Assembly: GCF_009914755.1 (NCBI RefSeq)
Contig: NC_060928.1
DNA length: 64,000 nucleotides
Source: the human T2T-CHM13v2.0 reference genome, Homo sapiens
Reading direction: 5' to 3' (one strand)
Made by a program: the position numbers and the translations under genes. Positions 44,303-58,289 of this stretch are shown one piece after another. The notes under the pieces were generated by a model. That model saw nothing but the letters and a program-made list of their open reading frames with translations. It did not search any database and was not told the DNA's origin. Every line of letters starts with the position of its first letter. The first letter of the stretch is position 1.

Positions 44303-46491
44303 GCTTCTTTTTTTAAAAGACTAAATAGCTTTCTGAGATCTTTATTTAATTTTATTTATGTACTTATTTAAGAGACAGGGTCCTGCTATATTGACCAGAC
44401 TAGTTTTGAACTCCTGGCCTCAAGCAAAAGTTAGCTTCTATGTATAGAAAAATTAAACAATTTTACTCCCTTCAACATAGTATTTATGTCACACTCTACA
44501 TCTTTTTATATCGTATACCCTTTAACAAATTATTGAAGCTATATGTAGTCTTAATAATTTTTTCTTGTAGCTTTTATACCAGAGTTAAATGTGATTAATT
44601 CATTCACCATAATTAGTTTTATAGCCTTCTAAATTCGACTATGTATATATGATTTTCAGTAAGATTTATAATTTTGTTGTAAGTTTGGATTCCATTACAA
44701 CTTAAATTCTCATTAGCATTTGTTGTAAGTCAGGTCTAGTGATTAAAACTTTCAACTTTTTTTTAATCTGAGAAGATTTTGATACTTCATTTCTAAAGAA
44801 CAGCTCTGTCAGGTATCGTCTTCTTAGTTGTCAAGGTTTTTTCTTTTTCTTCCTTCATTTGCATTTTAAATATATGGTTTCACTCCTGTGTGGCTTGCAT
44901 GGTTTTTGCTGGGCAATCTGCTGATAACCTTATAGGAGTTCCCTTGAATGTGAAGAATCTCTTTTCTCTTGCTTTTTTTTTTTTTTTTTTTTTACTTTTT
45001 ACTCTTTATTTTAGGTTTTGCAGGCAAACCCCAGGTAAAGGGTTTTCTTTTTTTAATTTTAATTTTTGTGAGTATGTAGGACATGTATATATTTGTGTGG
45101 CACATGAGATGTCTTGATCCAGGCATGTAATGTGTAACAATCACATAATCAAAAATGGGGTATATCCATCCCCTCAAGCATTTATAATTTGGGTTATAAA
45201 CAATCCAATTATGCTCTTTTAGTTATTTTAAAATGTGCAACTAAATTATTATACTCATACTGGGTATTACTCATTCTTTCTTTTTTTTTTCTTTTTTGTT
45301 TGTCTTTGAATTTTGGCAGTTTAATTATAATGTGTTCTGGACAATTTCTGTTAGATTCTTCTTGCTATAGACATTTTGAGCTTTTAAATTTAATATCTAT
45401 ATTCCTTCCAAGATTGGGAAGAATTTAAGACATTATATCTTTAAACAATTTAAAAATTTTTTTCTTTCTCATGAACCTCCTAAAATTGTACATCCTTACC
45501 ATTGATTATGAAATATGGGGGACAAATGCTTTATTCACTCGCATTCTTTTTTTAAATTCTAACTAGGAACTTTCAAATAACTTTTACATTTGCTGATTTT
45601 TTTTTTCCTGTATAACGGAGTCTCCTGTTAAAGCTTTCTCTTAAATATTTTAGATCTCCTATTGTGTACTTCAGCTCCAGCATATCTAACTGGTTCTGTT
45701 TTAATGGTTTCTCTTTATTATAATTGTGATTCTGTTCATACGTTGTTGCAAAAAAAATTTAGTAATGTGTGGTTTTTTTGCATCTCATTGAGATTCTTTA
45801 AGATAATTATTTTGAATTCTTAGCCATTTTTTAGATCTGTGTTTTACTGTAAGTGGTTACTAGAGAATTTTTAGTTTCTTTTGGTGGTGTTACATTTGCC
45901 TGATCTTTCATGGTCTGTGATGCCTTGTTTTTATGTCCTTGCATCTGAAGGAGTAAATATCTCTTGCAGTCATTATAGATTAGTTTGGGGTGGTAAATAT
46001 TTTCTCCTATTGGATCTCTGTGCTGATGAGATTTCCAGTGAGTTTGCAGTAAGGTGCATTGGATCTGGATCACAGTGAAGTTCATGCTTGGCAGACCTGT
46101 TATTAGGGCATCAGACTGTTGTGGATTCTGTCTATTTTCTAGGAAGACTGAACTTTCTTCAGGATCTTGATCAGTAAGACTGGTGCTGAGAAAAAAAAGT
46201 CTCCAGTTGTATATGCAGATGACAGAGCTGATATAATCCATGTGAGCAGGTATGGCTTCTGCTGTGTGGCTCTTGCTGGGTTTTTAGAAATCTTCTAACC
46301 CAGTCATTGGACAGATTCCTAGATGAGAAGTACTGACCCTTGGTCACAGCTGAGAGGGTGTGGAACTGATTCATAGGGCTGCTTCAGGATACACAGCTGA
46401 GACCAAAGTCTTCAGGTTTGTTTCTGGGTTCACGGCATTTCTCCCTCCAGATTCCTGGGTGGGCAGGACTGCTCCCAGACTTTAGTTGACA

Positions 46492-46548
46492 GGGACTGGA
46501 GGTAGGTTTTGGGACTGGAGGTAGGTTTTGGGACTGGAGCTGGGTTTT
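46492..46548. repeat. 19-bp tandem repeat x3
   Basis: gggactggaggtaggtttt twice plus gggactggagctgggtttt. Confidence 0.9.
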
Positions 46549-47565
46549 AGGACTGCTTCAAGATTCACAGTGGGAATAAAGTCAGCCAGCATGCCTACAG
46601 GGGCACATATAGGTGTGTTTTTTGGCAGGTCCCAGGTTAGGAAAAACTGCTTCTGGACTTTGGTTTCATGGACTGGGAGCCAGATGATAGTGCCACATCA
46701 AGATCCACCATTAAATAAATATCGGCAAGCCTACATCCAGGGGCACAGATGGATGTTTCTGTCGGTTCCTGCATGTGCAGGATTTCTTCCACATCATGAT
46801 AGATGTGTGCAAGGGGCTAATTAGGAGACTACAGAGAGGAGCAACATCTAAAGTCCTTTCACCTGAGACACAGGACATTATGAATCCTCCTTGGTGTCTT
46901 GGCAGATGGTGCTAGTGGCATAAACAAAACCAAATGGCCTACAGCTATACTTACAATGAGAATTAATCATATTTTATTTTGTAGCTGGGACTATGATGGG
47001 CAAGCATGCCACTCAAGCAAGGGCATGCCCTCTCAATACAGCCCTCCTGTCTTGGGTTTACACCTTTTGACATGGATTCCAAAGTTCCTATAAAGGTTCA
47101 TTTGCCAGGGCATAACTGCTGCATTTTTTTATAACCATATAAGATTTAGGTAGAGAACCTCCTATTCTGCCATCTTGCTATGTCACTCCCCTTGTATGTT
47201 TTACTTTGATTGTTCTGTGTCAAATATTTTTTATTTCAAATTCAAAATGTCTGAAATAAAATGCTTAAATTTTCAAATTGTGGAATAAGTAAATGTATTG
47301 AAATGCCTCATTCTCATCAGAGCATTTTATTAATTATTGAGATTATTTTCTTTTATTGCTGTACCTTGAATGCCAAAGATTCAAAATGCCAGCTCTTCAT
47401 AAGTACATAGTCACAGTTGAAAACTGTAAAGGATTGTTTTTATGATACATCTATATGATATTCAATATTTTAAAGGTCAGAAATTTTTATTCTTGTTTTC
47501 AACCCCATTTTAGTGGTTTGTTTTTAATCTTTATATTTGTATGGTAACTTTAAACCCTGTACCTT

Positions 47566-47866
47566 GGCCAGGGGCAGTGTCTCATGCCTGTAATCCCAGC
47601 ACTTTGGGAACTCAAGGCGGGCAGATCATAAGGCCAGGAGTTCAAGACCAGCCTGACCAATGTGGAGAAACCCTGTCTCTACTAAAAACACAAAATTAGC
47701 CAGGCGTAGTGACGCATGCCTGTAATCCCAGCTACTTGGGAGGCTGAGGCAGGAGAATCACTTGAACCCAGGAGGCGGAGGTTTCAGTGAGCCAAGATTG
47801 CAACATTGCCCACCAGCCTGGGCAACAAGTGTGAAACAATGTCTCAAAACAACAACAACAACAACA
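47566..47866 (+). mobile_element. AluSp-like with (AAC)n tail
   Basis: ctgaccaatgtggagaaaccc diagnostic. Confidence 0.9.
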
Positions 47867-48042
47867 ACCTCTCTACCTCTTATGACCATGTGGTGTTTAA
47901 TTCAAATAAATATCATTGGGTTTCACTTCGAGCAAATTAAAAAACATATATATAAATCAGACATTTCTCTTGCCAAGAAAGTTATCTATGTGGTATTTGC
48001 CTGTATATATATTGCCCCTACGTTGTTTATAAATTATTTATC

Positions 48043-48435
<393 letters not shown>

Positions 48436-48539
48436 TTATTCTGTGAGAGAAACACTTTTCTTACTTGAAGGTGATTTTTAAAGACTGTAACCTTTTTAGG
48501 TAGATCTAAATATTTAATTGTGATGAAAAACATGAAAAT

Positions 48540-49544
48540 GCCAGGGAAAAGAAAGAGAGATCAGACTGTTACTGTGTCTATGTAGAAAAGGAAAACATAA
48601 CAAACTCCATTTTGATCTGTCTTTTGAACAATTGTTTTGCCTTGAGATGCTGTTAATCTGTAACTTTAGCCCCAACCCTGTGCTCACAGAAACATGTGCT
48701 GTATGGAATCAAGGTTTAAGGGATCTAGGGCTGTGAAGGCCATGCCTTGTTAACAATATGTTTACAGGCAGTATGCTTGGTAAAAGTCATCACCATTCTC
48801 CATTCTCAATTAACCAGGGGCACAATGCACTGCGGTAAGCCGCAAGGACATCTGCCCAAGAAAGCCTGGGTATTGTTCAAGGTTTCCCCCAACTGAGACA
48901 GCCTGAGATATGGCCTCGTGGGAAGGGAAAGACCTGACCATCCCCCAGCCTGACACCCATAAAGGGTCTGTGCTGAGGACGATTAGTAAAAGAGGAAGGC
49001 CTCTTGCAGTTGAGATAAGAGGAAGGCCTCTGTCTCCTGCATGCCCCTGGGAACGCAATGTCTCAGTGTAAAACCCGATCATACATTTATTCTATTCTGA
49101 GATAGGAGAAAACCGCCCTGTGGCTGGAGGCAAGATATGCTGGTGGCAATGCTGCTCTGTTACTCTTTGCTACACTGAGATGTTTGGGTGGAGAGAAACA
49201 TAAATCTGGCCTACGTGCACATCCAGGCATAGTACCTTCCCTTGAACTTATTTGTGACACAGATCCCTTTGCTCACATGTTTTCTTGCTGACCTTCTCCC
49301 CACTGTCACCCTGTTTTCCTGCCACATTCCCCTTGCTGAGATAGTGAAAATAGTAATTAATAAACAAACACTGAGGAAACTCAGAGACTGGTGCCGGTGC
49401 AGGTCCTCCGTATGTTGAGCACCGGTCTCCTGGGCCCACTGTTCTTTCTCTATACTTTGTGTCTGTGTCTTATTTCTTTTCTCAGTCTCTCATACCACCT
49501 GATGAGAAATACCCACAGGTGTGGAGGGGCAGGCCACGCCTTCA
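48540..49544 (+). mobile_element. 5' LTR (LTR5B-like)
   Basis: agggaaaagaaagagagatcagactgttactgtg start; AATAAA at 49359-49364; ends in CA. Confidence 0.93.
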
Positions 49545-49546
49545 TC

Positions 49547-49564
49547 TGCCACCCAACGTGGGTG
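49547..49564 (+). promoter_or_regulatory. tRNA-Lys primer binding site (degenerate)
   Basis: tgccacccaacgtggg versus canonical tggcgcccaacgtggg. Confidence 0.85.
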
Positions 49565-49689
49565 CCTTTCTCTAGGGTGAAGGTACGCTAAGAACATGAG
49601 CAGTGAGGACAAGTCGACGAGAGATTCCTGAGTACATCCACGGTCAGCCTTGCGGTAAGCTTGTGCGCTCAAAGGAACCCAGGGTAACG

Positions 49690-52600
49690 ATGGGACAAAC
49701 TGAAAGTAAATATGCCTCTTATCTCAGCTTCAGCAACCCACGGCGGTGGCGCTTAATCCTACAGCACCACCTAGTGGACAATGTAGCACACTGTATGAAA
49801 TCATTGATTAAGCCAGAAAACAGGGAGATCTTGAGGCATGGCAGTTCCCAGTAATTTTACAACCGGTACCAGCCGGGGAAGAGACAAGTAGGAGTGCCTA
49901 CCCAAGCTGAGGCTAGATATGAATCTTTCACCTTGAAAATGTTAAAAGATATGAAGAAAGGAGTTATAAACAATATGGACCCAACTCCCCTTACATGAGA
50001 ACATTATTAGATTCCATTGTTCATGGAAATAGACTTATTCCTTATGATTGGGAAATTTTGGCTAAATCTTCCCTTTCACCCTCTCATTTACAGTTTAAAA
50101 CCTGGTGGATTGATGGAATGGAGTACAAGAACAGGTACGAAAAAATCAGGCTACAAATCCCACTGTTAATATAGATGTAGACCAATTGTTAGGAACAGGT
50201 CCAAAGTGGAGCACCATTAACCAAAAATCAGTAATGCAGAATGAGGCTATTGAACAAGTAAGGGCTATTTGCCTCAGGGCCTGGGAAAAAATTCAGGACC
50301 CAGGAACAGCCTGCCCTTCTTTTAATTCAATTAGACAAGGCTCTAAAGAGCCATATCCTGACTTTGTGGCAAGATTGCAAGATGCTGCTCAAAAATCTAT
50401 TACAGATGATAACACCCAAAAAGTTATTGTAGAATTAATGGCCTATCGAATGCAAATCCAGAATGTCAGTTGGCCATAAAGCCATTAAAAGGAAAAGTTC
50501 CAGCAGGAATTGATGTAATTATAGAATATGTGAAGGCTTGTGATGGGATTGGAGGAGCTATGCATAAGGCTATGCTAATGGCTCGAGCAATGACGGGGGT
50601 CACTTTAGGAGGACAAGTTAGAACATTTGGGGGAAAATATTATAATTGTGTTCAAATTGGTCATCTAAAAAAGAACTGCCCAGTCCTAAATAAACAGAAT
50701 ATAATAAGCTATTACAGCAAAAAATAAAGAGCCACCTGGCCTGTGTCCAAGACGTGGAAAAGAAAAACATTGGGCTAATCAATGTCATTCTAAATTTGAT
50801 AAAAATCGGCAACCATTGTCGGGAAATGGGAAGAGGGGCCAGTCTCAGGCCCCGCCACAAACTGGTGCATTCCTTATTCAGCTGTTTGTTCCTCAGGGTT
50901 TTCAGGGACAACCCCCACAGCAAATACCACCACTTCAGGGAGTCAACCGATTACAACAATACAACAGCTGTCCCCTGCCACAGCAGGCAGCACAGCAGAT
51001 TTATGTGCCGCTCAAATGGTCTCTTTACTCCCTGGAGAGCCCCAACAAAAGATTCCTCCTACAGGGGCATATGGCCCACTGCCAGAAGGGACAGTAGGCC
51101 TTATTTTAGGGAGATCAAGTCTAAATTTGAAGGGAGTCCAAATTCATACTGGGGTAATTGATTCAAATTATAAAGGGGAAATTCAGTTAGTGATCAGCTC
51201 CACTGTTCCCTGGAGCGACAATCCAGGTGATGATAGAATTGCTCAAATACTGCTTTTGCCTTATATTCAAATTGGGGAAAAGAAAACAGAACAGGAGGGT
51301 TTGGAAGTACCAACCCTGCCGGAAAAGCTGCTTATTGGGATAATCGGGTCTCAGAGGATAGACCCGTGTGTACAGTCACTATTCAGGAAAAGCAGTTTGA
51401 AAGATTAGTGGATACCGGGGCTGATGTCTCTATCATTGCCTTAAATAGATGGCCAAAAAATTGGCCTAAACAAAAGCCTGTTACAGGATTTGTCGGTGTG
51501 GGCACCGCCTCAGAAGTGTATCAAAGTGCCATGATTTTACATTGTCTAGGACCTGATAATCAAGAAAGTACAGTTCAACCCATGATCACTTCTATTCAAA
51601 TCAACTTATGGGGCCGAGACTTGTTAGAACAGTGGCATGCAGAGATTACTATCCCAGCCTCCCTATACAGCCCCATGAGTCAAAAAAATCATGAGTAAAA
51701 TGGGATATCTCCCTAAAAGGGGACTAGGGAAGAATGGAGGCAGCATTAAAGTCCCAACTGAGGTTGAGGGAAATCAAGAAAGAAAAGGAATACGGTATCC
51801 TTTTTAGGAGTGGCCACTCTAGAGCCTCCAAAACCCATTCCGTTGACTTGGAAAACAGAAAAACCTGTATGGGTAAATCATTGGCCTCTACCAAAACAAA
51901 AGCTGGAGGCTTTACACTTACTCGCAAAGGAACGATTAGAAAAGGGACATAGTGAGCCTTCATTTTCGCCGTGGAATTCTCCTGTTTGTAATTCAGAAAA
52001 AATCCGGCAGATGGCGCATGCTGACTGACTTAAGAGCTATTAATGCTGTAATTCAACCCATGGGGGCTCTCCAACCCAGGTTGCCCTATCTGGCCAGGAT
52101 CACCAAAGATTGGCCTTTAATTATAATTGATCAGAAGGATTGCTTTTTTACCATTTCTCTGGCAAAACAGGATTTTGAAAAATTTGCTTTTACTACACCA
52201 GCCATAAATAATAACCAGCCACCAGAATTCAGTGGAAAGTGTTGCCTCAGGGAATGCTTAATAGTCCAACTATTTGTCAGACTTTTGTAGCTGAAGTTCT
52301 TCAACAAGTTACAGACAAGTTTTCAGACTGTTATATCATTATGTTGATATTTTGTGTGCTGCAGAAACAAGAGAGAAATTAATTGACTGTTACACATTTC
52401 TGCAGAGGTTGCCAACCCAGGACTGACAAGAGCATCTGATAAGATTCAAACCTCTACTCCTTTCCATTACTTAGGGATGCATGTAGAGGAAAAGAAAATT
52501 AAACCACAAAAAACAGAAATAAGAAAAGACACATTTAAAACATTAAATGAGTTTCTTTTTCTTTTTCTTTTTTTTTTTTTTTTTTTGAGATGGAGTCTCG

Positions 52601-52934
52601 TTCTTGTCACCCAGGCTGGAGTGCAATGGCGGGATCTTGGCTCACTGTAAAAACATTAAATGACTTTCAAAAGTTGCTAGGAGATATTAATTAAATTTGG
52701 CCAACTCTAGGCGTCCCTACTTATGCCATGTCAAATTTGTTCTCTAAAGAGGGGATCCGAAATTGAATAGTAAAAGAACATTAACTCCAGAAGCAACTTA
52801 AAAAATTAAATTAGTTGAAGAAAAAATTCACTGAGCACAAGTTAAATAGAATAGGTCACTTGACCCCACTCCAACTTTTGATTTTTGCTACTGCACATTC
52901 TCCAACAGAGAATTTTGAACATCATTATTCAAAA
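49690..52934 (+). pseudogene. HML-2 gag-pro-pol remnants, multiply frameshifted
   Basis: ORF fragments 50186..50479 (CA), 50470..50727 (NC), 51016..51408 (dUTPase), 51366..51698 (protease), 51810..52290 (RT). The YVDD motif is damaged at ~52340. Confidence 0.93.
52556..52649 (-). mobile_element. Severely 5'-truncated Alu inserted in HML-2 RT
   Basis: T tail plus ~60 bp of Alu 3' end; 19-bp TSD aaaacattaaatga(g/c)tttc at 52537-52555 and 52650-52668. Confidence 0.92.
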
Positions 52935-54040
52935 TACAGATCAAAATGGGGTTTCTTATGTCTTCCTTTTCTACATAGACACAGTAAACAGTCTGATCTC
53001 TCTCTTCCCTACATTAAAGATTTTCAAGCATACAGTCTAGTGGTATTAAGTACGTTTACTTTTTTTTTTTCTGCAATGGATCTCTAGATTAATTTTATCT
53101 TACAAAAGTAAAATTTAATACGTTATAAACAATAAACTGCCCTTTTTTTCTTTTTCTTCAGCTCCTGAAGAACACCGTTTTACTTACTGTTTCTATAATT
53201 TTGGCTGATTTCCATATTCTTATTAGTGTAATTATATAATGTCTGTTTCTTTTTGACTATTTTATATAATGTAATGTTCTCAGGCTTTGTTTTTGTAAGA
53301 TGTGTCAGAATATCTTTCTGTTTTAAAATGAAATAATATTTCATTATATGTATATGTCACATTTTAAAAATCTAATACTGATCTCTAAAGGGCCATTTGT
53401 ATTGTTTCCAGGAATTGTCTTGTGTAAATAATAATGAAGAACATGCATGTGTAAATATCTGTTTAAAGTCCTGCTTTAAATATTCTTGGAATAGTTTGGA
53501 TATAGTGATGTAGTACTATGGGTATGTCCATATTTTTATTTCCTGAGCCTTTGATGTCATATCCAAAAAGTGACTGCTAAGACCAGTTGCATGAATCCTT
53601 CACCATCTGTGTTTTTATTACATTCCACATATGTGTAAGATCATGTGGTATTTGTCTCAGTGTATCTGGTTTAATTTCTGCAACATATGATCCAGCAGTT
53701 TGAATTCTTTCTTTCTTACATGGTCATCAGTGTTTTATTGTCTTAGAATCAAAAAAACCATATTAAATTACGATGTTTATTGCTTAAATATATGTCACCC
53801 TGTGGTACATTTTTTTCTATAATGGCTGTACTAACTTACAATCTTACCAGCCGCATATGTTAACTTTTCTGTACATTCTCACTAACAATTCTTTTTTGCC
53901 TTTCTAATTACAGTCATTCTAACTGCAGTGAAGTCATATCTTATTGTGGCTTTGATTTGCATACCTCTGATAGTGATGTTGAGCATCTTTGCATGTTCTT
54001 CTTGGCCTTTTGTATTTCTTGTTTTGAAAAATGTCTCTTA

Positions 54041-55420
54041 GTCCAGGCAGGGTGGCTCATGCCTGTAATCCCAGCACTTTGGGAGGCAGAGGTAGGCGAT
54101 CACCTGAGGTCAGGAGTTTGAGACCAGCCTGGCCAACATGGTGAAATCCTGTCTCTACTAGCTAGGCGTGGTGGCAGGCACCGGTAATCCCAGCTACTCA
54201 GGAGGCTGAGGCAGGAGAATCGCTTGTACCCAGGAAGCGGAGGTTGCAGTGAGCTATCGGGGGAACCAGCCCCCAATATTTCAATGTAAGTTCTTTTCTA
54301 TTTTCCCTAATTGTCGGCCGGCCTGAGAAATAAAGGGAAAGAGTATAAAAGGAGAAATTTTAAAGCTGGGTGTCCAGGGGAGACATCACATGTCGGCAGG
54401 TTCCGTGATGCCCCCCGAACCGCAAAACCAGCAAGTTTTTATTAGCAATTTTCAAAGGGGAGGGAGTGTATGAATAGGATGTGGGTCACAGAGATCACAT
54501 GCTTCAAAGGCAATAAAATATCACAAGGCAAATGGGCAGGGCGAGGTCACAAGGTCAGGGCAAAACTAGAATTACTGATGAAGTTTCATGTCCCACTGGG
54601 CACACATTGTCATTGATAAACATCTTAACAGGAAACAGGGTTCAAGAGCAGAGAAACAGTCTGACTAGAATTCTCCAGGCTGGATTTTCCTAATCCTAGC
54701 AAGCCTGGGGGCGCTGCAGGAGACCAGGTTGTGTTTCATCCCTATCTACAACTGCATAAGGCAGACACTCCCAGAGCGGCCATTTTAGGGGCCTCCCTCT
54801 GGGAATGCATTCTTTTCCCAGGGCTGTTAATTATTAATATTCCTTACTAGGGAAAGAGTTCAGCAATATTTCTTTTGCCCGTTTCTGGAAATAAGAGAAA
54901 TATGACTCTGTCCTGCCTGGCTCCCAGGCAGTCAGACCTAATGGTTATCTCCCTTGTTCCCTGAAGATCGCTGTTATCCTGTTCTTTTTTCAAGGTGCCC
55001 AGATTTCATATTGTTTAAACACACATGCTTTACAAACAATTTGTGCAGTTAACGCAATCATCACAGGGTCCTGAGGTGACATACATCCTCAGCTTATGAA
55101 GATGACGGGATTAAGAGACTAAAGGCAAGCATAGGAAATTACAGGAGTATTGATTGGGGAAGTGATAAATGTCCATGAAATCTTCAAAATTTATGTTTAC
55201 AGACTGCAGTAAAGACGGGCATAAGAAATTATAAAAGTATTAATTTGGGGAAGTAATAAATGTCCATGAAATCTTCACAATTTATCTTCTTCTGCGGTGG
55301 CTTCAGCTGGTCCCTCCATTCGGGGTGCCTGACTTCCTGCAACAGTGAACCTAGACAGTGCCGTTGCACTCCAGTCTGGGCAACAAGAGTGAAACTCTGT
55401 CTCAAAAAAAAAAAAAAAGA
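54041..55420 (+). mobile_element. AluS split by a MER11 LTR
   Basis: Alu runs to …gcagtgagc (54254) and resumes at 55345; the middle A-rich linker is deleted. Confidence 0.88.
54255..55344 (-). mobile_element. MER11 (HERV-K11/HML-8) solo LTR
   Basis: Minus strand tgttgcaggaagtcaggcaccccgaatggagggacc…ggttcccccgata; 6-bp TSD GTGAGC/GTGAAC. Confidence 0.9.
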
Positions 55421-56582
55421 AGGAAAGAAAAATGTCTCTTAAGGTCTCTTCCCTATTTTCAAATTATGTGTTATATTTGTTAAGTTTGTTATATATTCTG
55501 TAAGTTTACCTCTGTATATTTTGCAAATATTTTCTTTCATTCTATAGATTATCTCTTCGCTCTGTTAATTGTTTTCTTTGCTGTGCAAAACATTCTTAAT
55601 TTATTGTAATCCCATTTGCATATTTTTGTGTGTGTTTTGAGGTCTTAGTTAAAAATTCTTTTTTCTGCAATATCTGGTAAAACATTCCTCTATGTTTACT
55701 TCAAATAGCTTTACAGGTTTAGGTTTCCTATTTAAATCTTTATTTGTGATTGAGTTCTTTATATCATAAGAGGTAGGGGCCTAGTTTCATTTTTTTATTA
55801 TGTAAATAATCAATTTTTCTAGCACCATTTATTGAAAAGACAGTCTTATTCCAAATGTGCGTTCTTGACATCTTTGTTGAAAATCCCATGGCTCTAGGTT
55901 CATGGATTTATTACTGGGCTCACTGGATACTTTGACCTGTTTATCTGTTTTTATATCAGTATCATCCTGTTTTGCTCATTACAGCTTTATAGTATGTTTT
56001 GGAGCCAGGTAATGTGATGCTTCCAGCTTTGTTCTTTTGGCTCAGGATTACTTTCACCATTTGTGGGTCTTTCGTTCTTCCTCATAAATTTTAAGCTTGT
56101 TTTTTCCATTTCTGTGAAAAAAGTCATTGGTACTTTGGTAGAGATTGCATTGAATCTGTAGATCATCTTGTGTACTATAGCAACTTTTATATTTTTTCAA
56201 TTCATGAGCAAAAAATATCTTTCAATTTCTCATGTCTTTTTCAGTTTTTTTATCAATGTTATATAATTTTCAGTGTAGAGAGTGTTTACCTTAATTAAGT
56301 TTGCTGTTAGACATCTAGATATCTTTATTTTTATTGTGTACGTAGAAGGAGTATTTGGCAAAACTCAACATGCCTTTGTGGTTTAAGAAACTCAACAAAT
56401 TAAGTATAGATGATATATACCTCAACACAATAGAGGCCATGTATGACAAATCAATGACTGATATCATCCTAAACAGGAAGTAGCAGAGCACTTTTTTTCT
56501 GACATCTCAGACAAGACAAAGATGTTTTCATTGTGTATGACAATATTCAACTTTGTACACTGTAAGACTGTGGAGCATGACT

Positions 56583-56884
<302 letters not shown>

Positions 56885-58289
56885 GACTGTGGAGCACAAG
56901 TCATATATGGATCAGTTATAAGTCTATTTCTGAGTCTCTGTGTTTATCTGTATGCATATTGTTCCTGTAGTGTTATATGAGTTGTATACTTGTTCTGTTT
57001 ATGTGTGTACAATGGTGGTTTTACCCTGCCTAGGTGAGTAGTCACTGAAATTCTCCTAATTTTACCCTCTATTTATTTGTAAATCTATATTTTTGTGTGT
57101 GGGGGAGAAACACTTGTGATGTGAAGATAATTTGAAAAACTGCCATACCTCTGTGTCTATTTTAGATATTGTTGTCAAAAACACAAACTTTACAATCAAA
57201 TATTTTTAAATATTGAGTTTAGTCATATTAATTATATTGACATTGTTATGTACTATATCTTTAGAATATGTTTATCTTGCAAAGCTAACACTCACTACAC
57301 ATTAAACAACTACCTACATTTTCTACTTTCTGGCCCTTTACAAAAACAATTCTGTTTTCTATTTTAGAGTCAAACTGCTTTAGATATCTCATGTGAGTTG
57401 ATTCACACAGTTTCTGTGTCTTCGTGGCTGACTTATTTCATGTTGCACAATGTCATCAAGATTTATCTTTATTATACTTTTAGAGTTTTTTTTTGCTTTT
57501 TACAAACAGTAGTATTTCATTATTTTAATATTACAAATTTATCCATCTATTTGGTGAGAGAAATTTGCATTGCTTTCATTTATTTGCTTTCAGTAACAAT
57601 GCTACAATAATTATGAGTGTACAAATTACTCTTCATTTAACCATATGTGTGATGGTGTATATTTTTGCCAGATTTTATTGGTCTAGCTGTTCAGCTTTAT
57701 ATCCATACCACATTGTTTTAATTCGTTTGCTTTGTATGTGTTTTGAAATCATGAGCTGTGAAGCCTCCAATTTTTTTTGTTTTTTTAATTCGTGGGTGCT
57801 TTATTGTCCCTTGAAATTCCATATAACTTTGGGGTTGCCACTTCTAGTTCTGCAAGAAATTGATTAGAAATTTGACAGGGATTTCACTTAAACTGTAGAT
57901 TACATTGAGCAGTCTAGACATCTTCATAATATTTCAAAATTTGAACAAGAGCATGCTGGACTGTATTTTTTAATTTCTATAAATATGTAAATGTTATAGT
58001 TTTATTAATTTCTACTCTCACTCCACCTTGGTCATTAAAAGTTATCTGTAAAATTTCTATTTAAAAACAAATTTTAAGACTTTTTGTGGCCTAACAGGTG
58101 GTTTACCAAGGAGAACATTGTATGAGCTATTGAGAAGTGTGTATATCCTGCTGTTATTGAGGAGTATTCTCTATGGTTCTCTTAGACATAACTGCCATAT
58201 AGTGCTTCAAGTCTTCTGTTTCCTTATGAGTATTCTGTCTTTTTTGATTATTCATTACAGAAATTGGGGTATTGAAATATTCTACTATA

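Larger units (their letters stand above)
42400..47180 (-). mobile_element. Old L1M (ORF2 start, ORF1 and 5'-UTR remnants) with MaLR and Alu insertions
   Basis: T-rich L1 antisense motifs; minus-strand ORF1-like MKDQANVTPPKETKNSLVT; a repetitive 5'-UTR-like region at 46.1-46.9 kb resembles 31.0-31.7 kb. Confidence 0.65.
48540..53013 (+). mobile_element. Truncated HERV-K(HML-2) provirus, LTR5B-type: 5' LTR, gag (deleted), pro, RT part of pol; no env or normal 3' LTR
   Basis: LTR to 49544 (…ggggcaggccacgccttca), Lys PBS, MGQTESKYASYLS, IRQGSKEPYPDFVARLQD, dUTPase GRSSLNLKG…[29 protein letters not shown]. Size fits the 4p16.3a provirus as I recall it. Confidence 0.95.

Noticed and set aside
48533-53019. 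tgaaaa/ttaaag as the HML-2 target-site duplication
   Set aside because: Only 4/6 identity in A-rich sequence and the left LTR end is ambiguous; not claimed as a TSD.
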